Positions 1 through 10,300 of a stretch of DNA of 64,000 nucleotides are shown one piece after another; positions within the stretch are counted from its first letter, which is position 1, and each line of letters opens with the position of its first letter. Made by a program: the position numbers and the translations under genes. Under the pieces are notes generated by a model. That model did not search any database and was not told the origin of the DNA. It was given only the letters and a program-made list of their open reading frames with translations. The stretch comes from Eledone cirrhosa (lineage: Eukaryota). The DNA lies in the NCBI GenBank assembly GCA_964016885.1, contig CAXHJY010000598.1, forward strand, positions 1-64,000. Direction: 5' to 3'.

Positions 1-118
1 TGTAATTACTGGTACATGTGCAGACACTCATTGGCTATGTGCGGCGTGAATTTCAGCAAGATATCTCCGTAAAATCAATAGTTGTGGCTGTGGAACCAAA
101 CCGTGTTAAACGTCAACA

Positions 119-185
119 AAGTCCGCCGGCGAATGGTGTGCTTCGAAGAAAACGAATCCAAAAATGACGATTTGCCGGCGGAGTT
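119..185. other. Imperfect inverted repeat in every monomer (first copy shown): 19-bp arms, 29-nt spacer
   Basis: Left arm 119-137 is aagtccgccggcgaatggt. The reverse complement of right arm 167-185 (acgatttgccggcggagtt) is aactccgccggcaaatcgt. Identity is 16/19, with a perfect tccgccggc core. Confidence 0.9.
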
Positions 186-194
186 ACCTTTTCA

Positions 195-217
195 ATCGCG
201 GGCCGGCCGCCCGTGGT
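195..217. other. GC-rich hairpin/dyad in every monomer (first copy shown)
   Basis: atcgcgggc-cggcc-gcccgtggt forms a 9-bp stem with two G:T pairs and a 5-nt loop. It overlaps palindromes ggccggcc (201-208) and cggccg (204-209). Confidence 0.75.
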
Positions 218-529
218 CGGATCGATCTGTAATTACTGGTACATGTGCAGACACTCATTGGCTATGTGTGGCGTGAATTTCAGCAAGATATCTCCGTTAA
301 TTCAATAGTTGTGGCTGTGGAACCAAACCGTGTTAAACGTCAACAAAGTCCGCCGGCGAATGGTGTGCTTCGAAGAAAACGAATCCAAAAATGACGATTT
401 GCCGGCGGAGTTACCTTTTCAATCGCGGGCCGGCCGCCCGTGGTCGGATCGATCTGTAATTACTGGTACATGTGCAGACACTCATTGGCTATGTGTGGCG
501 TGAATTTCAGCAAGATATCTCCGTAAATT

Positions 530-3500
530 CAATAGTTGTGGCTGTGGAACCAAACCGTGTTAAACGTCAACAAAGTCCGCCGGCGAATGGTGTGCTTCGA
601 AGAAAACGAATCCAAAAATGACGATTTGCCGGCGGAGTTACCTTTTCAATCGCGGGCCGGCCGCCCGTGGTCGGATCGATCTGTAATTACTGGTACATGT
701 GCAGACACTCATTGGCTATGTGTGGCGTGAATTTCAGCAAGATATCTCCGTAAAATCAATAGTTGTGGCTGTGGAACCAAACCGTGTTAAACGTCAACAA
801 AGTCCGCCGGCGAATGGTGTGCTTCGAAGAAAACGAATCCAAAAATGACGATTTGCCGGCGGAGTTACCTTTTCAATCGCGGGCCGGCCGCCCGTGGTCG
901 GATCGATCTGTAATTACTGGTACATGTGCAGACACTCATTGGCTATGTGTGGCGTGAATTTCAGCAAGATATCTCCGTAAAATCAATAGTTGTGGCTGTG
1001 GAACCAAACCGTGTTAAACGTCAACAAAGTCCGCCGGCGAATGGTGTGCTTCGAAGAAAACGAATCCAAAAATGACGATTTGCCGGCGGAGTTACCTTTT
1101 CAATCGCGGGCCGGCCGCCCGTGGTCGGATAGATCTGTAATTACTGGTACATGTGCAGACACTCATTGGCTATGTGCGGCGTGAATTTCAGCAAGATATC
1201 TCCGTAAAATCAATAGTTGTGGCTGTGGAACCAAACCGTGTTAAACGTCAACAAAGTCCGCCGGCGAATGGTGTGCTTCGAAGAAAACGAATCCAAAAAT
1301 GACGATTTGCCGGCGGAGTTACCTTTTCAATCGCGGGCCGGCCGCCCGTGGTCAGATCGATCTGTAATTACTGGTACATGTGCAGACACTCATTGGCTAT
1401 GTGCGGCGTGAATTTCAGCAAGATATCTCCGTAAAATCAATAGTTGTGGCTGTGGAACCAAACCGTGTTAAACGTCAACAAAGTCCGCCGGCGAATGGTG
1501 TGCTTCGAAGAAAACGAATCCAAAAATGACGATTTGCCGGCGGAGTTACCTTTTCAATCGCGGGCCGGCCGCCCGTGGTCGGATCGATCTGTAATTACTG
1601 GTACATGTGCAGACACTCATTGGCTATGTGTGGCGTGAATTTCAGCAAGATATCTCCGTAAATTCAATAGTTGTGGCTGTGGAACCAAACCGTGTTAAAC
1701 GTCAACAAAGTCCGCCGGCGAATGGTGTGCTTCGAAGAAAACGAATCCAAAAATGACGATTTGCCGGCGGAGTTACCTTTTTAATCGCGGGCCGGCCGCC
1801 CGTGGTCGGATCGATCTGTAATTACTGGTACATGTGCAGACACTCATTGGCTATGTGTGGCGTGAATTTCAGCAAGATATCTCCGTAAAATCAATAGTTG
1901 TGGCTGTGGAACCAAACCGTGTTAAACGTCAACAAAGTCCGCCGGCGAATGGTGTGCTTCGAAGAAAACGAATCCAAAAATGACGATTTGCCGGCGGAGT
2001 TACCTTTTAAATCGCGGGCCGGCCGCCCGTGGTCGGATCGATCTGTAATTACTGGTACATGTGCAGACACTCATTGGCTATGTGTGGCGTGAATTTCAGC
2101 AAGATATCTCCGTAAAATCAATAGTTGTGGCTGTGGAACCAAACCGTGTTAAACGTCAACAAAGTCCGCCGGCGAATGGTGTGCTTCGAAGAAAACGAAT
2201 CCAAAAATGACGATTTGCCGGCGGAGTTACCTTTTCAATCGCGGGCCGGCCGCCCGTGGTCGGATCGATCTGTAATTACTGGTACATGTGCAGACACTCA
2301 TTGGCTATGTGCGGCGTGAATTTCAGCAAGATATCTCCGTAAAATCAATAGTTGTGGCTGTGGAACCAAACCGTGTTAAACGTCAACAAAGTCCGCCGGT
2401 GAATGGTGTGCTTCGAAGAAAACGAATCCAAAAATGACGATTTGCCGGCGGAGTTACCTTTTCAATCGCGGGCCGGCCGCCCGTGGTCGGATCGATCTGT
2501 AATTACTGGTACATGTGCAGACACTCATTGGCTATGTGCGGCGTGAATTTCAGCAAGATATCTCCGTAAAATCAATAGTTGTGGCTGTGGAACCAAACCG
2601 TGTTAAACGTCAACAAAGTCCGCCGGCGAATGGTGTGCTTCGAAGAAAACGAATCCAAAAATGACGATTTGCCGGCGGAGTTACCTTTTCAATCGCGGGC
2701 CGGCCGCCCGTGGTCGGATCGATCTGTAATTACTGGTACATGTGCAGACACTCATTGGCTATGTGTGGCGTGAATTTCAGCAAGATATCTCCGTGAATTC
2801 AATAGTTGTGGCTGTGGAACCAAACCGTGTTAAACGTCAACAAAGTCCGCCGGCGAATGGTGTGCTTCGAAGAAAACGAATCCAAAAATGACGATTTGCC
2901 GGCGGAGTTACCTTTTCAATCGCGGACCGGCCGCCCGTGGTCGGATCGATCTGTAATTACTGGTACATGTGCAGACACTCATTGGCTATGTGCGGCGTGA
3001 ATTTCAGCAAGATATCTCCGTAAAATCAATAGTTGTGGCTGTGGAACCAAACCGTGTTAAACGTCAACAAAGTCCGCCGGCGAATGGTGTGCTTCGAAGA
3101 AAACGAATCCAAAAATGACGATTTGCCGGCGGAGTTACCTTTTCAATCGCGGGCCGGCCGCCCGTGGTCAGATCGATCTGTAATTACTGGTACATGTGCA
3201 GACACTCATTGGCTATGTGCGGCGTGAATTTCAGCAAGATATCTCCGTAAAATCAATAGTTGTGGCTGTGGAACCAAACCGTGTTAAACGTCAACAAAGT
3301 CCGCCGGCGAATGGTGTGCTTCGAAGAAAACGAATCCAAAAATGACGATTTGCCGGCGGAGTTACCTTTTCAATCGCGGGCCGGCCGCCCGTGGTCGGAT
3401 CGATCTGTAATTACTGGTACATGTGCAGACACTCATTGGCTATGTGTGGCGTGAATTTCAGCAAGATATCTCCGTAAATTCAATAGTTGTGGCTGTGGAA

Positions 3501-6500
3501 CCAAACCGTGTTAAACGTCAACAAAGTCCGCCGGCGAATGGTGTGCTTCGAAGAAAACGAATCCAAAAATGACGATTTGCCGGCGGAGTTACCTTTTTAA
3601 TCGCGGGCCGGCCGCCCGTGGTCGGATCGATCTGTAATTACTGGTACATGTGCAGACACTCATTGGCTATGTGTGGCGTGAATTTCAGCAAGATATCTCC
3701 GTAAAATCAATAGTTGTGGCTGTGGAACCAAACCGTGTTAAACGTCAACAATGTCCGCCGGCGAATGGTGTGCTTCGAAGAAAACGAATCCAAAAATGAC
3801 GATTTGCCGGCGGAGTTACCTTTTCAATCGCGGGCCGGCCGCCCGTGGTCGGATCGATCTGTAATTACTGGTACATGTGCAGACACTCATTGGCTATGTG
3901 CGGCGTGAATTTCAGCAAGATATCTCCGTAAAATCAATAGTTGTGGCTGTGGAACCAAACCGTGTTAAACGTCAACAAAGTCCGCCGGCGAATGGTGTGC
4001 TTCGAAGAAAACGAATCCAAAAATGACGATTTGCCGGCGGAGTTACCTTTTCAATCGCGGGCCGGCCGCCCGTGGTCGGATCGATCTGTAATTACTGGTA
4101 CATGTGCAGACACTCATTGGCTATGTGCGGCGTGAATTTCAGCAAGATATCTCCGTAAAATCAATAGTTGTGGCTGTGGAACCAAACCGTGTTAAACGTC
4201 AACAAAGTCCGCCGGCGAATGGTGTGCTTCGAAGAAAACGAATCCAAAAATGACGATTTGCCGGCGGAGTTACCTTTTCAATCGCGGGCCGGCCGCCCGT
4301 GGTCGGATCGATCTGTAATTACTGGTACATGTGCAGACACTCATTGGCTATGTGTGGCGTGAATTTCAGCAAGATATCTCCGTAAAATCAATAGTTGTGG
4401 CTGTGGAACCAAACCGTGTTAAACGTCAACAAAGTCCGCCGGCGAATGGTGTGCTTCGAAGAAAACGAATCCAAAAATGACGATTTGCCGGCGGAGTTAC
4501 CTTTTCAATCGCGGGCCGGCCGCCCGTGGTCGGATCGATCTGTAATTACTGGTACATGTGCAGACACTCATTGGCTATGTGTGGCGTGAATTTCAGCAAG
4601 ATATCTCCGTAAAATCAATAGTTGTGGCTGTGGAACCAAACCGTGTTAAACGTCAACAAAGTCCGCCGGCGAATGGTGTGCTTCGAAGAAAACGAATCCA
4701 AAAATGACGATTTGCCGGCGGAGTTACCTTTTCAATCGCGGGCCGGCCGCCCGTGGTCGGATAGATCTGTAATTACTGGTACATGTGCAGACACTCATTG
4801 GCTATGTGCGGCGTGAATTTCAGCAAGATATCTCCGTAAAATCAATAGTTGTGGCTGTGGAACCAAACCGTGTTAAACGTCAACAAAGTCCGCCGGCGAA
4901 TGGTGTGCTTCGAAGAAAACGAATCCAAAAATGACGATTTGCCGGCGGAGTTACCTTTTCAATCGCGGGCCGGCCGCCCGTGGTCAGATCGATCTGTAAT
5001 TACTGGTACATGTGCAGACACTCATTGGCTATGTGCGGCGTGAATTTCAGCAAGATATCTCCGTAAAATCAATAGTTGTGGCTGTGGAACCAAACCGTGT
5101 TAAACGTCAACAAAGTCCGCCGGCGAATGGTGTGCTTCGAAGAAAACGAATCCAAAAATGACGATTTGCCGGCGGAGTTACCTTTTCAATCGCGGGCCGG
5201 CCGCCCGTGGTCGGATCGATCTGTAATTACTGGTACATGTGCAGACACTCATTGGCTATGTGTGGCGTGAATTTCAGCAAGATATCTCCGTAAATTCAAT
5301 AGTTGTGGCTGTGGAACCAAACCGTGTTAAACGTCAACAAAGTCCGCCGGCGAATGGTGTGCTTCGAAGAAAACGAATCCAAAAATGACGATTTGCCGGC
5401 GGAGTTACCTTTTTAATCGCGGGCCGGCCGCCCGTGGTCGGATCGATCTGTAATTACTGGTACATGTGCAGACACTCATTGGCTATGTGTGGCGTGAATT
5501 TCAGCAAGATATCTCCGTAAAATCAATAGTTGTGGCTGTGGAACCAAACCGTGTTAAACGTCAACAAAGTCCGCCGGCGAATGGTGTGCTTCGAAGAAAA
5601 CGAATCCAAAAATGACGATTTGCCGGCGGAGTTACCTTTTAAATCGCGGGCCGGCCGCCCGTGGTCGGATCGATCTGTAATTACTGGTACATGTGCAGAC
5701 ACTCATTGGCTATGTGTGGCGTGAATTTCAGCAAGATATCTCCGTAAAATCAATAGTTGTGGCTGTGGAACCAAACCGTGTTAAACGTCAACAAAGTCCG
5801 CCGGCGAATGGTGTGCTTCGAAGAAAACGAATCCAAAAATGACGATTTGCCGGCGGAGTTACCTTTTCAATCGCGGGCCGGCCGCCCGTGGTCGGATCGA
5901 TCTGTAATTACTGGTACATGTGCAGACACTCATTGGCTATGTGCGGCGTGAATTTCAGCAAGATATCTCCGTAAAATCAATAGTTGTGGCTGTGGAACCA
6001 AACCGTGTTAAACGTCAACAAAGTCCGCCGGTGAATGGTGTGCTTCGAAGAAAACGAATCCAAAAATGACGATTTGCCGGCGGAGTTACCTTTTCAATCG
6101 CGGGCCGGCCGCCCGTGGTCGGATCGATCTGTAATTACTGGTACATGTGCAGACACTCATTGGCTATGTGCGGCGTGAATTTCAGCAAGATATCTCCGTA
6201 AAATCAATAGTTGTGGCTGTGGAACCAAACCGTGTTAAACGTCAACAAAGTCCGCCGGCGAATGGTGTGCTTCGAAGAAAACGAATCCAAAAATGACGAT
6301 TTGCCGGCGGAGTTACCTTTTCAATCGCGGGCCGGCCGCCCGTGGTCGGATCGATCTGTAATTACTGGTACATGTGCAGACACTCATTGGCTATGTGTGG
6401 CGTGAATTTCAGCAAGATATCTCCGTGAATTCAATAGTTGTGGCTGTGGAACCAAACCGTGTTAAACGTCAACAAAGTCCGCCGGCGAATGGTGTGCTTC

Positions 6501-8015
6501 GAAGAAAACGAATCCAAAAATGACGATTTGCCGGCGGAGTTACCTTTTCAATCGCGGACCGGCCGCCCGTGGTCGGATCGATCTGTAATTACTGGTACAT
6601 GTGCAGACACTCATTGGCTATGTGCGGCGTGAATTTCAGCAAGATATCTCCGTAAAATCAATAGTTGTGGCTGTGGAACCAAACCGTGTTAAACGTCAAC
6701 AAAGTCCGCCGGCGAATGGTGTGCTTCGAAGAAAACGAATCCAAAAATGACGATTTGCCGGCGGAGTTACCTTTTCAATCGCGGGCCGGCCGCCCGTGGT
6801 CAGATCGATCTGTAATTACTGGTACATGTGCAGACACTCATTGGCTATGTGCGGCGTGAATTTCAGCAAGATATCTCCGTAAAATCAATAGTTGTGGCTG
6901 TGGAACCAAACCGTGTTAAACGTCAACAAAGTCCGCCGGCGAATGGTGTGCTTCGAAGAAAACGAATCCAAAAATGACGATTTGCCGGCGGAGTTACCTT
7001 TTCAATCGCGGGCCGGCCGCCCGTGGTCGGATCGATCTGTAATTACTGGTACATGTGCAGACACTCATTGGCTATGTGTGGCGTGAATTTCAGCAAGATA
7101 TCTCCGTAAATTCAATAGTTGTGGCTGTGGAACCAAACCGTGTTAAACGTCAACAAAGTCCGCCGGCGAATGGTGTGCTTCGAAGAAAACGAATCCAAAA
7201 ATGACGATTTGCCGGCGGAGTTACCTTTTTAATCGCGGGCCGGCCGCCCGTGGTCGGATCGATCTGTAATTACTGGTACATGTGCAGACACTCATTGGCT
7301 ATGTGTGGCGTGAATTTCAGCAAGATATCTCCGTAAAATCAATAGTTGTGGCTGTGGAACCAAACCGTGTTAAACGTCAACAATGTCCGCCGGCGAATGG
7401 TGTGCTTCGAAGAAAACGAATCCAAAAATGACGATTTGCCGGCGGAGTTACCTTTTCAATCGCGGGCCGGCCGCCCGTGGTCGGATCGATCTGTAATTAC
7501 TGGTACATGTGCAGACACTCATTGGCTATGTGCGGCGTGAATTTCAGCAAGATATCTCCGTAAAATCAATAGTTGTGGCTGTGGAACCAAACCGTGTTAA
7601 ACGTCAACAAAGTCCGCCGGCGAATGGTGTGCTTCGAAGAAAACGAATCCAAAAATGACGATTTGCCGGCGGAGTTACCTTTTCAATCGCGGGCCGGCCG
7701 CCCGTGGTCGGATCGATCTGTAATTACTGGTACATGTGCAGACACTCATTGGCTATGTGCGGCGTGAATTTCAGCAAGATATCTCCGTAAAATCAATAGT
7801 TGTGGCTGTGGAACCAAACCGTGTTAAACGTCAACAAAGTCCGCCGGCGAATGGTGTGCTTCGAAGAAAACGAATCCAAAAATGACGATTTGCCGGCGGA
7901 GTTACCTTTTCAATCGCGGGCCGGCCGCCCGTGGTCGGATCGATCTGTAATTACTGGTACATGTGCAGACACTCATTGGCTATGTGTGGCGTGAATTTCA
8001 GCAAGATATCTCCGT
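530..8015. repeat. Higher-order repeat: 16-monomer unit (3632 bp), about 2 tandem copies
   Basis: Rare alleles recur at +3632: m193A at 2009/5641, m130T at 2400/6032, EcoRI allele m71G at 2795/6427, m223A at 1131/4763. The K>N ORF variant recurs at 3714/7346. Confidence 0.93.
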
Positions 8016-10300
8016 TAATTCAATAGTTGTGGTTGTGGAACCAAACCGTGTTAAACGTCAACAAAGTCCGCCGGCGAATGGTGTGCTTCGAAGAAAACGA
8101 ATCCAAAAATGACGATTTGCCGGCGGAGTTACCTTTTCAATCGCGGGCCGGCCGCCCGTGGTCGGATCGATCTGTAATTACTGGTACATGTGCAGACACT
8201 CATTGGCTATGTGCGGCGTGAATTTCAGCAAGATATCTCCGTAAAATCAATAGTTGTGGCTGTGGAACCAAACCGTGTTAAACGTCAACAAAGTCCGCCG
8301 GCGAATGGTGTGCTTCGAAGAAAACGAATCCAAAAATGACGATTTGCCGGCGGAGTTACCTTTTCAATCGCGGGCCGGCCGCCCGTGGTCGGATCGATCT
8401 GTAATTACTGGTACATGTGCAGACACTCATTGGCTATGTGCGGCGTGAATTTCAGCAAGATATCTCCGTAAAATCAATAGTTGTGGCTGTGGAACCAAAC
8501 CGTGTTAAACGTCAACAAAGTCCGCCGGCGAATGGTGTGCTTCGAAGAAAACGAATCCAAAAATGACGATTTGCCGGCGGAGTTACCTTTTCAATCGCGG
8601 GCCGGCCGCCCGTGGTCGGATCGATCTGTAATTACTGGTACATGTGCAGACACTCATTGGCTATGTGTGGCGTGAATTTCAGCAAGATATCTCCGTGAAT
8701 TCAATAGTTGTGGCTGTGGAACCAAACCGTGTTAAACGTCAACAAAGTCCGCCGGCGAATGGTGTGCTTCGAAGAAAACGAATCCAAAAATGACGATTTG
8801 CCGGCGGAGTTACCTTTTCAATCGCGGACCGGCCGCCCGTGGTCGGATCGATCTGTAATTACTGGTACATGTGCAGACACTCATTGGCTATGTGCGGCGT
8901 GAATTTCAGCAAGATATCTCCGTAAAATCAATAGTTGTGGCTGTGGAACCAAACCGTGTTAAACGTCAACAAAGTCCGCCGGCGAATGGTGTGCTTCGAA
9001 GAAAACGAATCCAAAAATGACGATTTGCCGGCGGAGTTACCTTTTCAATCGCGGGCCGGCCGCCCGTGGTCAGATCGATCTGTAATTACTGGTACATGTG
9101 CAGACACTCATTGGCTATGTGCGGCGTGAATTTCAGCAAGATATCTCCGTAAAATCAATAGTTGTGGCTGTGGAACCAAACCGTGTTAAACGTCAACAAA
9201 GTCCGCCGGCGAATGGTGTGCTTCGAAGAAAACGAATCCAAAAATGACGATTTGCCGGCGGAGTTACCTTTTCAATCGCGGGCCGGCCGCCCGTGGTCGG
9301 ATCGATCTGTAATTACTGGTACATGTGCAGACACTCATTGGCTATGTGTGGCGTGAATTTCAGCAAGATATCTCCGTAAATTCAATAGTTGTGGCTGTGG
9401 AACCAAACCGTGTTAAACGTCAACAAAGTCCGCCGGCGAATGGTGTGCTTCGAAGAAAACGAATCCAAAAATGACGATTTGCCGGCGGAGTTACCTTTTT
9501 AATCGCGGGCCGGCCGCCCGTGGTCGGATCGATCTGTAATTACTGGTACATGTGCAGACACTCATTGGCTATGTGTGACGTGAATTTCAGCAAGATATCT
9601 CCGTAAAATCAATAGTTGTGGCTGTGGAACCAAACCGTGTTAAACGTCAACAATGTCCGCCGGCGAATGGTGTGCTTCGAAGAAAACGAATCCAAAAATG
9701 ACGATTTGCCGGCGGAGTTACCTTTTCAATCGCGGGCCGGCCGCCCGTGGTCGGATCGATCTGTAATTACTGGTACATGTGCAGACACTCATTGGCTATG
9801 TGCGGCGTGAATTTCAGCAAGATATCTCCGTAAAATCAATAGTTGTGGCTGTGGAACCAAACCGTGTTAAACGTCAACAAAGTCCGCCGGCGAATGGTGT
9901 GCTTCGAAGAAAACGAATCCAAAAATGACGATTTGCCGGCGGAGTTACCTTTTCAATCGCGGGCCGGCCGCCCGTGGTCGGATCGATCTGTAATTACTGG
10001 TACATGTGCAGACACTCATTGGCTATGTGCGGCGTGAATTTCAGCAAGATATCTCCGTAAAATCAATAGTTGTGGCTGTGGAACCAAACCGTGTTAAACG
10101 TCAACAAAGTCCGCCGGCGAATGGTGTGCTTCGAAGAAAACGAATCCAAAAATGACGATTTGCCGGCGGAGTTACCTTTTCAATCGCGGGCCGGCCGCCC
10201 GTGGTCGGATCGATCTGTAATTACTGGTACATGTGCAGACACTCATTGGCTATGTGTGGCGTGAATTTCAGCAAGATATCTCCGTTAATTCAATAGTTGT
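6035..10300. repeat. Partial duplication with 10-monomer offset (2270 bp): about 6035-8030 copied at about 8305-10300
   Basis: EcoRI allele at 6427/8697, A>T ORF variant at 6438/8708, K>N variant at 7346/9616, ttaattc allele at 8016/10286. One private SNP at 9578. Confidence 0.85.

Noticed and set aside
1-227. 5S rRNA or tRNA gene tandem array
   Set aside because: No recognisable 5S sequence or cloverleaf on either strand. The A/B-box-like words (tggctgtgg, gcttcgaag) are poor matches. An Rfam search was not run.
195-240. Helitron 3' end (GC hairpin followed by CTRR-T)
   Set aside because: ctgg-t lies about 18 nt after the hairpin, the motif is too short to be informative, and there is no other Helitron evidence.
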